Below, one piece after another: positions 15,956-26,096 of a DNA stretch of 33,131 nucleotides. Made by a program: the position numbers and the translations under genes. How positions within the stretch are numbered: the stretch's first letter is position 1; each line of letters starts with the position of its first letter. The notes under the pieces were generated by a model. It had not been told where the DNA came from and searched no databases. It saw only the letters and a program-made list of their open reading frames with translations. This DNA comes from Synechococcus sp. (GTDB lineage Bacteria; Cyanobacteriota; Cyanobacteriia; Thermostichales; PCC-7336): assembly GCA_051439605.1 (NCBI GenBank), contig JBFRWN010000119.1:1-33131 (forward strand), read 5' to 3'.

Positions 15956-16995
15956 GATGCCCCCTTTCTTTGCAGGCTATCCAACGGCAAGCCCCCAGTC
16001 TTTGTTTGGGCCTGTGAGACAGTTCCCGACTTAAATACCCGACCAATCACTTCTTCAATCGGTGGATCGGTGACCGTCAAATCCGCCACCTCCAGGTCCG
16101 ACAGCAACTGGGCCACTGTCCCCGTTAACCGTTCTCGTTGCAGAAAAAACCGGGCCGAACGCCCCTCCAGTTCCTGCAATTCACCAAATCTTTCCAGGAC
16201 GGTTCTAGGGTAGCCACGAGCTAATTCCACTTTGACTTCTCGGTAGGGAGCAAATTGCTCCAGCAACCCGTCAAGGCTGCCATCGTAAATCAGACTCCCC
16301 TCAAAGATCAGCAGTACCCGCTGGCATAAAGCGGTGATGTCTGCCATGTAATGGCTTGTCAGCAGTACTGTCGCGTCATAACGCTGGTTGTACTCCTTCA
16401 AAAAGTCCCGCACCGCCCCCTGAGCATTAACATCCAACCCCAATGTGGGTTCATCCAGGAACAACACCTGAGGTCGATGCAAGAGAGCGGCCAACAACTC
16501 CGCCTTCATTCGCTCTCCTAACGAGAGCTTGCGCACGGGCTGCTTGAGCTTGGTTTGCAAGCCCAACATTTCAGACAATTCTTCAATGCGGCGATCGGCC
16601 TCGCGATCGGCAATTCCATACACAGCCGCATTGATTTTGAGGGAGTCAAGAGCAGGTAAATCCCAAATCAATTGCTGCTTCTGACCCATCACCAACGTAA
16701 TTTTTTCCAAAAACCGTCGCTGGCGCCGAAACGGCTCGCACCCCACAACACGCACTTGTCCAGACGTGGGATGAATTAACCCGGTTAACATCTTCAGAGT
16801 CGTCGTTTTCCCAGCCCCGTTCGGCCCTAAAAAACCGACAACTTCCCCCGAGTTCAGTTGAAAAGACACTGACTGAACCGCATCTACCCGTCGATAGGTC
16901 CGTCGAAAAAAATGTCGCAGCGTCCCTGCCAAACCAGGTTCTTTCACCGCTACAGGGTAAGACTTGCTCAGTGACTCAACTGAAATAATTGCCAT
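15952..16995 (-). CDS. ABC transporter ATP-binding protein
   Basis: Walker A GPNGAGKTT, signature LSLGERMK, Walker B LFLDEPT, H-loop TSH. Confidence 0.95.
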   Translation of the reverse strand: MAIISVESLSKSYPVAVKEPGLAGTLRHFFRRTYRRVDAVQSVSFQLNSGEVVGFLGPNGAGKTTTLKMLTGLIHPTSGQVRVVGCEPFRRQRRFLEKITLVMGQKQQLIWDLPALDSLKINAAVYGIADREADRRIEELSEMLGLQTKLKQPVRKLSLGERMKAELLAALLHRPQVLFLDEPTLGLDVNAQGAVRDFLKEYNQRYDATVLLTSHYMADITALCQRVLLIFEGSLIYDGSLDGLLEQFAPYREVKVELARGYPRTVLERFGELQELEGRSARFFLQRERLTGTVAQLLSDLEVADLTVTDPPIEEVIGRVFKSGTVSQAQTKTGGLPLDSLQRKGAS

Positions 16996-17069
16996 GCAAC
17001 AGCCGCAAATGCCTTCTAGATGCTATCCGACCGCTGCACCTTCTTAGAGACTTATCTGATCTATACAGG

Positions 17070-17112
17070 CAAAAGCCCCAGCATCCTAACAATGGGAAAG
17101 GCTGGAGCTTTG
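17070..17112 (-). terminator. Rho-independent terminator downstream of moeZ
   Basis: AAAGCCCCAGC ... GCTGGAGCTTT hairpin that ends in TTTT on the minus strand. Confidence 0.55.
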
Positions 17113-17177
17113 AGGTAGGGTACCGAACTAACTAGAGTACAGAAATGCCTCCGTACTAACAGGCTTAGAACCCAACG

Positions 17178-18344
17178 TTAGTACCTGGGGATAGTAGGGT
17201 CGTATGCGTCCCCCCACGCAAGAATCCCTCCCTTCAAGTTCTTACCCTTGATTCCAGCTTCCTGTAGAGCCTTGAGAGCTTTCATCGATCGCATGCCGCT
17301 TTTGCAATGCACGATTAGCTCGTAACCAACACTCAGTTCGCGGACGCGTTCGACCCCTTCACCGCTCTCGATTTCGGGTAAAGGGATCAGCTCTGCCCCT
17401 TCGATGTAACAAATGTCATATTCGTGAGGATTCCGCACATCAATCAGGACAAAGTCCTTACCCGCATCCATGCGCTCTTTGAGAGCAGCCACATCCAGTT
17501 CGGGAATCTCGTCACTGCCCTCAGCTTCTGCTGCTGCAGCTTGAGGAATCCCGCAGAACTGTTCGTAGTCAATCAGCTCGGTAATCGGAGGCGTCGCTGG
17601 ATTCTTGCGCAGTTTCAGCTCACGGAACCTCATGTTTAAGGAATCGTACAGCAGCAAACGCCCGCTAAGGGTAGACCCTTCACCCAAGATAATCTTGACG
17701 GTTTCAGTAGCCTGAATGACACCAATCAAGCCTGGCAGGATACCTAAGACGCCACCTTCTGCGCAGGATGGAACCAATCCAGGGGGCGGGGGCTCGGGAT
17801 ACAGATCGCGATAGTTGGGCCCCCCCTCGTAGTTGAAGACAGTCGCTTGCCCTTCAAAGCGGAAGATGGAGCCGTAAACGTTAGGCTTGCCAGTTAAAAC
17901 GCAAGCGTCATTCACCAGATACCGGGTGGGGAAATTGTCTGTGCCGTCCACCACAATGTCGTAGTCAGCAAAGATGTCTAGCGCGTTACTGGCTTCTAGC
18001 CGGGTTTCGTAGAGATCCACCTGGCAGTAGGGGTTAATCTCCAAAATGCGATCTTTGGCCGACTGGATTTTAGGCTTGCCCACCCAAGAGGTACCGTGGA
18101 TGATTTGGCGCTGCAGGTTAGAGGAATCAACAACGTCAAAATCTACCAAGCCCAGCCGACCAATACCGGCTGCCGCCAAGTAGAGGAGTAGGGGGGACCC
18201 TAAACCGCCGCTACCAATGCAGAGCACACTGGCAGCTTTCAATTTCTTTTGGCCTTCTAAGCCAACCTCGGGCAGGATTAGGTGGCGCGAAAAGCGCTCC
18301 ATTTCATCCCGAGACAGCTCCACTTGAGATGTGTCGTTCAACAT
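17178..18344 (-). CDS. moeB: MoeB/MoeZ-type E1-like adenylyltransferase fused to a rhodanese domain
   Basis: RFSRHLILPEVG, GSGGLGSP, DFDVVDSSNLQRQ, DGTDNF and PSCAEGGVLG; C-terminal rhodanese DVRNPHE...HCKSGMRS. Confidence 0.95.
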   Translation of the reverse strand: MLNDTSQVELSRDEMERFSRHLILPEVGLEGQKKLKAASVLCIGSGGLGSPLLLYLAAAGIGRLGLVDFDVVDSSNLQRQIIHGTSWVGKPKIQSAKDRILEINPYCQVDLYETRLEASNALDIFADYDIVVDGTDNFPTRYLVNDACVLTGKPNVYGSIFRFEGQATVFNYEGGPNYRDLYPEPPPPGLVPSCAEGGVLGILPGLIGVIQATETVKIILGEGSTLSGRLLLYDSLNMRFRELKLRKNPATPPITELIDYEQFCGIPQAAAAEAEGSDEIPELDVAALKERMDAGKDFVLIDVRNPHEYDICYIEGAELIPLPEIESGEGVERVRELSVGYELIVHCKSGMRSMKALKALQEAGIKGKNLKGGILAWGDAYDPTIPRY

Positions 18345-18347
18345 GAG

Positions 18348-18629
18348 TTAGCAGCCTCCAGCGATAGAAGGAACGATACTGATGGTTTCATCACCAGTCA
18401 CAGGGGTTGCTTTACCCTGCTCTAGGTGTCGGATGTCCTCATCCCCCAGATACACGTTCACGAAGTTCCGCAGTTCGCCGTTCTCGTTGTAAAGATGGCG
18501 CTTGAGGTCGGAATAGGTGTTGGTGAGGTTATCGAGAATTTCTCCAACGGTATTGCCGTCGAGGTCCACACTGTCTTGGTTGCCAGTGTAGGCCCGTAGC
18601 GGGGTTGGAATCAGAACTTTTACAGCCAT
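18348..18629 (-). CDS. Ubiquitin-like sulfur carrier (MoaD/ThiS/CysO family) ending GG-Cys
   Basis: VLIPTPLR, FVNVYLGDEDIR and ISIVPSIAGGC*. Confidence 0.92.
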   Translation of the reverse strand: MAVKVLIPTPLRAYTGNQDSVDLDGNTVGEILDNLTNTYSDLKRHLYNENGELRNFVNVYLGDEDIRHLEQGKATPVTGDETISIVPSIAGGC

Positions 18630-18758
18630 GATAGGAATCAGTCGATCGCAAGAGATAATTGTGTAAACGTTTGCCGAACTCTTTAAGAGTAAACAGTTTT
18701 GGCTCCAGAAACAGAGATTAAACCGATGCAGGTGAAAATCTGGAGGCCATCTTGACGG

Positions 18759-19235
18759 TTAGGCCGTCACAGGATCGCCAGTTTCGATGGTCTGCTCCAC
18801 ACACCGATCGCCCTCATCCAGCACCCAGCTACGCAGGTCCGCGGCTGCTTTGTCCATCACGCTAACAATGACGCAAGAATATCCCCAAGGGAAGGCGTGC
18901 TGGCGATCGAACTCTGAAGGAATTGCCGGATGGTTTGGGTGAGAGTGGTAGGTGCCAATCACCCCCAGCCCCTGTTCTCGGGCAGCATCGTATCCCCGCT
19001 TAAAATCAGCAGGCTCGATCAGAAAGCGGCGATTGATAGACTCCCCATCATCCACAGGGTTTTTTGCAGAATCCCAAGTGTTATCCACCGACCACAGCCC
19101 TTTAACCAGCTTATGTTCCTCCCCATCTCGCACCTCTATCTCCCCCAAAAGGAGGCCACAGCATTCCTGCGGGAAAGCACGTTCGCCGTGCTCTCGAATC
19201 GCAGCTTGCTGCTCGGAAGAGAGGTGTAAAATCAT
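18759..19235 (-). CDS. JAMM/Mov34 (M67, Mec-like) metallopeptidase
   Basis: PQECCGLLLG and GTYHSHPNHPAIPSEFD match the E...HxH-x7-S-x2-D JAMM motif. Start placed at MILHL (19235). Confidence 0.92.
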   Translation of the reverse strand: MILHLSSEQQAAIREHGERAFPQECCGLLLGEIEVRDGEEHKLVKGLWSVDNTWDSAKNPVDDGESINRRFLIEPADFKRGYDAAREQGLGVIGTYHSHPNHPAIPSEFDRQHAFPWGYSCVIVSVMDKAAADLRSWVLDEGDRCVEQTIETGDPVTA

Positions 19236-19429
19236 AAACCCGCCTATTCCGGTCGGAATACTGGACTTTAAACATTTTGACATGAAATCCAGGGCTTGTG
19301 GGATGCGATGTTGAGCATTCTTCTGTGTCAGTTACAATTTTGCTTTTCCAGCCAATAGTGTTGGCTAACCTTTCAGGGCTAGAAGCTGAATAGAGAACGC
19401 ACAAAGTCAATTACCGTTCTATCCACACG

Positions 19430-19456
19430 AAAGCCTCCAGCAGATCCGCCGGAGGC
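19430..19456 (-). terminator. Hairpin/terminator downstream of the DUF3134 gene
   Basis: Minus strand reads GCCTCCGGC-GGATCT-GCTGGAGGC followed by TTT. Confidence 0.5.
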
Positions 19457-19514
19457 CACTCTGTAATGAGCTGCTCGTCAGCTCGGAATAAAGGCAATGA
19501 CAAACAGTTAAGAA

Positions 19515-19718
19515 CTACTCTTCGTCTTCGTACTTATCTTCCTCACCCAACAAGACACTAATATCTTCCTCTTCGGGGCGCTCTTCAGTCACCAAATTGC
19601 TGTTTTCGATCAACCGTCCCTCAGAACGCAGCCAATCCAGGATGGACATGGTGTCTTTCGAAGGCACCGTTGGGGCTCGCATGCTGAGAGGTTGCTCTTG
19701 CAGAGATGGATTGTGCAT
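19515..19718 (-). CDS. DUF3134-family small cyanobacterial protein
   Basis: NPSLQEQP...SILDWLRSEGRLI and an acidic tail match my recollection of the family. Confidence 0.75.
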   Translation of the reverse strand: MHNPSLQEQPLSMRAPTVPSKDTMSILDWLRSEGRLIENSNLVTEERPEEEDISVLLGEEDKYEDEE

Positions 19719-19899
19719 TCTTCAGTCGAGTTTGCTATACAGCCTTCCTAGTCTACTGTAAGTTGAAGACTCATTTTCTAAGGCCGTGAAACTGTGTGCT
19801 TCTTCGAGAACAAAGAAACCGGTGGCCTAGTCTATTAAGCTGATTGGAACGGCACTAATCTATCGACTCGAGAAACGATCGCGAAATCCGAAACCAGAA

Positions 19900-20064
19900 C
19901 TATTCGTCATCACCCAGCTTGGGAATGTAATCAGGGCGCTCTGCGTTTTCCCACCCCGCAGGACGCTTGGAGTTGTACCAAGCCATCGACCCCAGCGTGA
20001 CTGCAGCAATAAAGCCTACGACTCCAAGAATAATAGGGGCTGCCGGAATATCGCCAAACATCAT
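19900..20064 (-). CDS. psb35: Photosystem II assembly protein Psb35-like (54 aa, below the ORF-track cutoff)
   Basis: MMFGDIPAAPIILGVVGFIAAVTLGSMAWYNSKRPAGWENAERPDYIPKLGDDE*: a single TM helix followed by the AWYNSKRPxGWE motif. Confidence 0.85.
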   Translation of the reverse strand: MMFGDIPAAPIILGVVGFIAAVTLGSMAWYNSKRPAGWENAERPDYIPKLGDDE

Positions 20065-20216
20065 AATTTTGTCAGTCCTAATTAGGATATCTTTACTTTT
20101 TGCCAGTATCGCATGGCTGGCTTAATCGGAAGCTTGGCACCACAATTGGTCTACCGGCATCAGGCCTATCCACATGGGGCCTATTGATAGTATGCCAATC
20201 AATTCTCAGATGCTCC

Positions 20217-23129
20217 ATGTTGCCCATCAACGTCTCCACTGCATCCTCTCTTAACCCACCCCCCGTTCACCATTGGCTCGTTGTTATTGCTTTGCTCGTC
20301 TTAGCATTTGGCTTGGGGGGCTTGCCTTTGCCTCGTTGGATTGTCCGCAGGATGGCAAAGGTAGATTTGCAGCAGTTAGGAACTGGGAACATCAGTGTTT
20401 CCGCAACGTTCAAACAGGTGGGAACCCAGGTCGGTGTTGTCGTTGTGCTAGCAGAAATTTTGCGCGGCATCATGCCGGTTTTGTTGGCAGCATGGCTGCT
20501 GCCCAATTGGCCTGCGGTGCAGATTGGAGTGCTGATATCGCTGGTGGTGGCTCGCTACGCGATCGCTAAAGGAGGAGGAGTCACCAATGCCACTTGGGGG
20601 GTACTGGTGTATTCGCCAATGACGGCTTTGCTATCTGCTGTAACGGGTTTGACCCTGTTGTGGATTGGCAGATGGGCGATTGGAGAACGGGCAATCGGAC
20701 TCAGTGAAATACACAGATCTGACGTCAGACGATGGGCCGCTCGCATGGGCTGTGCCAGCGGAGCCTTGTGGTTGGCCGTTTTGGAAAAAACTCCTGCAGA
20801 AATCTGGGCGGCTCTGGGGTTAGTGGGATTGTTGGTGTGGATCGATTTGCGTCAAAAGGATGATGTAATGGCTTTGGTTTCGCTCGATCGCCAGCTGAAC
20901 CCTGCCCAATATGGAGCAAAGGCTGCTCGACTTGCACAACTGCGAAGACTGGGGTTAAACGTTCCAAAGGGTTGGGGAGTGCTGAAGGAACAAAAGATCG
21001 ATATCAGCATCGCCCAGCAGGTTCAACCCAGTACGAATCACCCTTTGCTGGTGCGCTCGTCAGCCATTGAGGAAGACAGCGAGCAAAGCTCGGCAGCAGG
21101 ACAGTATCGAACGGTTGGTCCCGTGACGTCAGCTGCCGAATTATTGGCTGCAATTGAAGTTTGTCGAGCATCTTACGGCGATGGCGGCGCGATTGCCTAT
21201 CGTCAGAGCAGAGGCCTAGGCGAGACAGGTATGTCCGTTCTCATCCAGCGATATGTGACTGGGAAAGTTGCTGGGGTGGCTTTTAGCCGACACCCGTTGA
21301 ACGGAGCCGATTGCATTGTTGTGGAGGCGCTCCCGGGGGGGGCAGAGGCGGTGGTTGGGGGAACCCAGACTCCGGAGCATTTAGAGCTATCCCGAGAGGA
21401 ACGCGACGAACAGTCGGAGCAGGTCAAGGGGACGCTACTCCCAGCCGAGGTCTTGAAGGAGCTCGTCCAGTCGGTGCTAAAAATTGAGGACTGCTTTGAA
21501 GGGGTGCCCCAAGATGTGGAATGGATTTGGGATGGCGATCGCCTGTGGATCGTACAATCTCGCCCCATCTCCACATTGCAGCCCATTTGGACAAGAACCA
21601 TCGCCGCAGAAGTGATTCCGGGGGTCATCCATCCACTGACATGGTCGATCAATCAGCCACTGACCTGTGGGGTGTGGGGGAAGCTGTTCTCGCTGGTTTT
21701 GGGGCAGGGGGCAGAGGATTTGGACTTTAGCCAAACCGCGACATTGCTGGGCTCGCATGCTTATTTCAACGCAACCTTGCTGGGCACAATTTTTCGCCGT
21801 ATGGGCTTGCCCGAACAGGGGCTGGAATTTTTGTTGCGGGGGCAGAAGATGGGTAAGCCTCCTCTCCAAAGCACCCTCAGAAATATTCCAGGATTACTGC
21901 GTTTATTGGGGAAAGAGGGACAACTTCCTCAAGACTTTCATCGCGATCGGGTCGACTGCTTTGAACCGGCGATCGCTCAATTAGAATCTGTTGCGCTAGA
22001 GTCCCTCAACCCGACTGAGCTCTTGGCTCGCATCGATCGCATCTGCAATTGGCTGGTACCGGCCACGTATTACAACATTGTGGGTCCAATTGGGTTGGCG
22101 ATTCGCCGATCGCTGTTTAAAGTGCCGGATCGCTGGTTAAGCGATATCCCAACCCCGGAACTGGCGTCTCTGCGGGAACTAACGCAGTTGGCGGCGCAGC
22201 TAAGGAAGTTGGTTCCGGAGACCAACAGCCTAGATCCCTCTAGCAGTGAATTAAAGACCTTACTGTTAGAAACCCTCGTACGCGATCGGGAAATATCGAC
22301 GCAATTCGAGTGCTGGCTCGACCGCTTCGGCTATTTGAGTGAAGTCGGCACCGATATTGCCGTTCCCACCTGGAAGGAGTCCCCCGACAAACTGCGATCT
22401 CTGCTTTGTAGTCTGGCGATGCAGTCAGTTGACCAGCCCAATCTCCAACACCCTACTCAGCTGCTGCAGAAGTGGCGATTGCGTCAGTGTCGTGAACGGG
22501 CCGAACTGCAGGCCAAGGTGGATGAAATCTATGCCAAACTCCTGGCCCATCTGCGCTGGACATTTGTAGAACTGGAGCGACGAGGAATCGCGGCTGGCGA
22601 GTTTGAAAGGCCAGGGGACATTTTTCTGCTGGAATTGGCGGACGTGCAGGATTGGGTTGCTGGGAGCTTAGGCAGCATTCACTTGAGAACGTTGGTTGAG
22701 CGGCGTAAATCGCAGCTAGAGCGCGATCGCAGTCGAGAGATTCCGTTAGTGGTATACGGCGATCGGCTGCCACCCCCCGTTCACCGCGAGGTGGATAAAC
22801 GGGGGATGGCTGAAATGTACGGCATCCCAGCTAGCGGAGGGTGCGTCGAGGGGGTGGTGAAAATTTGTCGGACATTTGAATTTGCCGGAATAGAGCCTGG
22901 ATCTATTGTTGTAGTTCCCTACACGGATGCAGGCTGGGCTCCCTTGTTGGTCAACGCTGCCGCCATTGTGGCTGAGGTTGGAGGTCAGCTTTCCCATGGG
23001 GCTATTGTGGCTCGCGAGTACAAGATTCCTGCAGTAATGAACGTGCAGCAGGCCATGGCTCGGCTTCGCGATGGCCAGAGAGTGCGTGTGGATGGAGATC
23101 GCGGCATAGTTGAAATATGTCAGCCCTAG
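20217..23129 (+). CDS. Fusion of a PlsY-like membrane domain, a PEP/pyruvate-binding ATP-grasp domain and a PEP-utilising phospho-His domain
   Basis: N-terminal VDLQQLGTGNISVS, EILRG and KGGGVTN (PlsY-like). GAKAARL, VRSSAIEEDS..SAAGQY and QDVEW..IVQSRPI (PPDK_N). C-terminal TDAGWAPL..GGQLSHGAIVAREYKIPAV. Start uncertain (ATG 20217 vs TTG 20100). Confidence 0.88.
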   Translation: MLPINVSTASSLNPPPVHHWLVVIALLVLAFGLGGLPLPRWIVRRMAKVDLQQLGTGNISVSATFKQVGTQVGVVVVLAEILRGIMPVLLAAWLLPNWPAVQIGVLISLVVARYAIAKGGGVTNATWGVLVYSPMTALLSAVTGLTLLWIGRWAIGERAIGLSEIHRSDVRRWAARMGCASGALWLAVLEKTPAEIWAALGLVGLLVWIDLRQKDDVMALVSLDRQLNPAQYGAKAARLAQLRRLGLNVPKGWGVLKEQKIDISIAQQVQPSTNHPLLVRSSAIEEDSEQSSAAGQYRTVGPVTSAAELLAAIEVCRASYGDGGAIAYRQSRGLGETGMSVLIQRYVTGKVAGVAFSRHPLNGADCIVVEALPGGAEAVVGGTQTPEHLELSREERDEQSEQVKGTLLPAEVLKELVQSVLKIEDCFEGVPQDVEWIWDGDRLWIVQSRPISTLQPIWTRTIAAEVIPGVIHPLTWSINQPLTCGVWGKLFSLVLGQGAEDLDFSQTATLLGSHAYFNATLLGTIFRRMGLPEQGLEFLLRGQKMGKPPLQSTLRNIPGLLRLLGKEGQLPQDFHRDRVDCFEPAIAQLESVALESLNPTELLARIDRICNWLVPATYYNIVGPIGLAIRRSLFKVPDRWLSDIPTPELASLRELTQLAAQLRKLVPETNSLDPSSSELKTLLLETLVRDREISTQFECWLDRFGYLSEVGTDIAVPTWKESPDKLRSLLCSLAMQSVDQPNLQHPTQLLQKWRLRQCRERAELQAKVDEIYAKLLAHLRWTFVELERRGIAAGEFERPGDIFLLELADVQDWVAGSLGSIHLRTLVERRKSQLERDRSREIPLVVYGDRLPPPVHREVDKRGMAEMYGIPASGGCVEGVVKICRTFEFAGIEPGSIVVVPYTDAGWAPLLVNAAAIVAEVGGQLSHGAIVAREYKIPAVMNVQQAMARLRDGQRVRVDGDRGIVEICQP

Positions 23130-23238
23130 CTCTACTCACCCAAGTGCCGAGTTGGACGAGTCCCCGCAGTCTGCCCTGACATACCCGCATCAAGAGCGCC
23201 CTTCTATCCAAACCACCTGTAGATATAGTTGTCTCACC

Positions 23239-23271
23239 AAAAAGGACTGCCTGAAAAACAGGCAGCCCTTT
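23239..23271 (-). terminator. Rho-independent, probably bidirectional, terminator between convergent genes
   Basis: AAAAAGGACTGCCTG-AAAAA-CAGGCAGCCCTTT, with A/T tracts on both sides. Confidence 0.75.
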
Positions 23272-23333
23272 GATTGAAACGATCAACTAGTAGCCGATCG
23301 CGTATCGAGCTCGAAAAGCATCAGCATGACTAG

Positions 23334-24521
23334 TTAGATAGGTTGCGGAACGCGAGCAGACATCACTTCAGCCAGCAGCTTAGCAACTTCGGGACGCGAG
23401 AACTCAGGGGGAGGAGTCTTGCCTTCACGCAGCATTGCTCTCACCTTCGTTCCAGACAGGTGGACACGATCTTCGGGACCAGCTGGGCTGGTTTTGCTGG
23501 TCGCCATAGTTCCAGTCTTTTTGCAGAAGAACGCATGCTCGAACTTCAGAGGGGTAATCCCCAGTTCACCAGGCTCGAACTCATCAAAAATGTGCTGAGC
23601 ATCGTAGGTACCGTAGTAGTCGCCAACACCCGCATGATCGCGACCCACAATGAAGTGAGTGCAACCGTAGTTCTTACGAATCAATGCGTGGAAGATGGCT
23701 TCGCGGGGACCCGCGTAGCGCATAGCAGAAGGATTGATTGCCAGAGTAACGCGATCCTGAGGGAAGTAATGCTCCATCATGATCTCGTAGCACTGCATGC
23801 GGACATCGGCAGGAATATCATCGCTCTTGGTTGCCCCCACCAGAGGATGCAGGAACAAACCATCAACCACTTCCAATGCGCACTTTTGAATGTACTCGTG
23901 GGCGCGGTGGATGGGGTTGCGGGTTTGGAAACCAACGACGGTCTTCCAACCCTTCTCGACAAACAAAGCGCGAGAGGCAGCAGGGTCAATTTGATAAGTA
24001 GGGAACAAGGGGTGCTCATCCCGTTCGAGCAGGGTAACAGGACCAGCCAGGTTGACATTGCCCTGTTCGTAAATCACCTTTACACCCGGGTGCTTGTCTT
24101 CAGTGGTGCGATAGACATGCAAGGCCTCTTTTTCTTTATCGGGGGTGAATTTTTCTGTCAGCTCCATCGTGCCCAATAGACGGCCATCGGCGCTTTCAAG
24201 GCCAATGATTTGACCGATGTTTAGGGACTCTGCAACTTCTTCTGTCACGGGGAGAACTACGGGAACAGCCCAAACAAGACCGTTGCTTAGACGCATATCG
24301 GTCACAACGGAAGAATAGTCCGCTTCACCCATAAAGCCGGCAAGAGGGCTGAATCCCCCAATCGCGATCATCTCCAAGTCGGATTGGGCGCGGGCATCGA
24401 TCGTTACCCTGGGCAAGGAATCTGCTTTGGCCAGAATTTCGGCTCGCTGGACATCAGTTGCAATGCGGTTTATCAGCGTGCCGCCATGGGCTGCGATCGT
24501 CTCTATAGACTCAGCGCTCAT
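23334..24521 (-). CDS. sat: Sulfate adenylyltransferase (ATP sulfurylase)
   Basis: [35 protein letters not shown] and LSGTKVR motifs. Confidence 0.97.
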   Translation of the reverse strand: MSAESIETIAAHGGTLINRIATDVQRAEILAKADSLPRVTIDARAQSDLEMIAIGGFSPLAGFMGEADYSSVVTDMRLSNGLVWAVPVVLPVTEEVAESLNIGQIIGLESADGRLLGTMELTEKFTPDKEKEALHVYRTTEDKHPGVKVIYEQGNVNLAGPVTLLERDEHPLFPTYQIDPAASRALFVEKGWKTVVGFQTRNPIHRAHEYIQKCALEVVDGLFLHPLVGATKSDDIPADVRMQCYEIMMEHYFPQDRVTLAINPSAMRYAGPREAIFHALIRKNYGCTHFIVGRDHAGVGDYYGTYDAQHIFDEFEPGELGITPLKFEHAFFCKKTGTMATSKTSPAGPEDRVHLSGTKVRAMLREGKTPPPEFSRPEVAKLLAEVMSARVPQPI

Positions 24522-24755
24522 TATGGCCCTCCTGGTAAATAATTCGTGAAGAAAGTTGACAATAACAGACTACATCGTTAGAGGCCGTTTCATCCGTAAA
24601 ATTAATCACGTCAGAGGGTGAGGTGTCGAGTATTATTTTCGGTTTTTTGAGAAAGTAAAGCAGGGTTTGCTTGTTTGTATAGATACACAGACAAACTTGC
24701 AGCCATTGCAAATCTCCTAAGCCAGGAGCCTTGATGGATGCAATATCTTAGGCGC

Positions 24756-26096
24756 CTAATTCTCAAACCTGTATGGGACAGACATTGCTAGTTCCCCGAC
24801 ATCGCGATGGGGATCGCCAACAGAGATTTCGCCAAACAACGAATCCAAGGCGGCTCTGTATTGGGGATCGAGTGTGGAGATTGAGGGATGGGAGACGTTG
24901 GCTAGCCGGGTTCGATCGTGCTCAGTCATCTCGACATAGATATCTGGAGCTAATCCCCGTTGGTGCAAGTCGTACCCCGCAGGGGTGCGATATTCAGCAG
25001 TCGTGATGGCTAAACAGGACTCATCTGACAGCATGTAAATCATCTGAATCACCCCCTTGCCAAAGGTTTGCGTACCGACCACCGTAGCTCGCTGGGCGTC
25101 TTGTAGAGCAGCTGTCAACACTTCACTAGAACTGGCGGAGCCTCCGTTGACCAAAATGGCTATGGGTTTATCGGTCAAGGGAGGACGCTTATCCACAACT
25201 TGACGAGTGCGATCGCGCTCCTCAATCGTGACAATCGTGTCTCCATCCAGAAACATCTCTGCAATGGCAGTGCTCGCATCCAACCGTCCGCCGGCGTTCG
25301 ATCTCAAATCGAGAACGTAGCCATCCACAGAACGCTTTTCCAGAGACTCGATCGCGTTTTTCATCTCGCGGATAGCGCGGTTATCAAAGCGAGAAAGACG
25401 AATGTACCCCACCTTGCTGCCTTGGTGGGTTGCCAGAGTGTGGCTAACGGTGGGCTGGGATAGATCGGTTCTGGCCAGGGCCACCTCAAAAGGCTCGTCT
25501 AGAAGGGAGCTATTAGTTAGAGTGTTGTTCGAGCGCAATAAGGTTAAGGTAACCGTGCTGTTCTCTTGTCCTTGGATTTTTCGGATGATTTCACTGAGAG
25601 GGCGAGCCTCGGTGGAATGGCCATCTACTGCTAAGATCACATCCCCTTTCTGAACTCCAGCAAAAAATGCAGGGGAGTTTAGAACAGGGGGGCTAGCGAT
25701 CGCAGGACGGTTAAGCTGGTCAAAAACTAGTCTTACTCCCACATCTGCAACCCCTCCGTTAGCCCCTCTCTGCAAGGCTTCGAACTCTGAAGGGGAAATG
25801 AAATAGGTGTAGGGGTCACCGATCGACCTTAAAGCTAGAGCAATGTCAGCCCTGGCCTTACCTTCATCCGAATAGGTCTTGGTAAGCAGCGTTTGACGCC
25901 ACTGGGACCATTTAGAAGAGAGTTGAGATTGGTTCAGATACTGGTCATCGACCAAACGCACAACATCTTCAACAAGGGCTTTAGCATCCTCAGAAGGATT
26001 GGCAAAGCTGGGAAATACGAGAGAGGAGGCCATTGAGGCGCTAAATACTGATGCAAGCAGAACAACCGTTCGAGAGAAAAAACCCAGCGGTCTCAT
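24756..26096 (-). CDS. S41 carboxyl-terminal processing protease (Ctp family) with signal peptide and PDZ domain
   Basis: GDPYT, PDZ SPAFFAGVQKGDVILAVDG, DLRSNAGG, catalytic SASSSE and TFGKG. Confidence 0.93.
   Translation of the reverse strand: MRPLGFFSRTVVLLASVFSASMASSLVFPSFANPSEDAKALVEDVVRLVDDQYLNQSQLSSKWSQWRQTLLTKTYSDEGKARADIALALRSIGDPYTYFISPSEFEALQRGANGGVADVGVRLVFDQLNRPAIASPPVLNSPAFFAGVQKGDVILAVDGHSTEARPLSEIIRKIQGQENSTVTLTLLRSNNTLTNSSLLDEPFEVALARTDLSQPTVSHTLATHQGSKVGYIRLSRFDNRAIREMKNAIESLEKRSVDGYVLDLRSNAGGRLDASTAIAEMFLDGDTIVTIEERDRTRQVVDKRPPLTDKPIAILVNGGSASSSEVLTAALQDAQRATVVGTQTFGKGVIQMIYMLSDESCLAITTAEYRTPAGYDLHQRGLAPDIYVEMTEHDRTRLANVSHPSISTLDPQYRAALDSLFGEISVGDPHRDVGELAMSVPYRFEN

Noticed and set aside
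23343..24179. 278-aa ORF antisense to sat, and many other shadow ORFs over ggt, the ABC genes, tonB and the dikinase fusion
   Set aside because: They overlap well-supported genes on the other strand or frame, carry no motifs, and are explained by codon bias or GC content.
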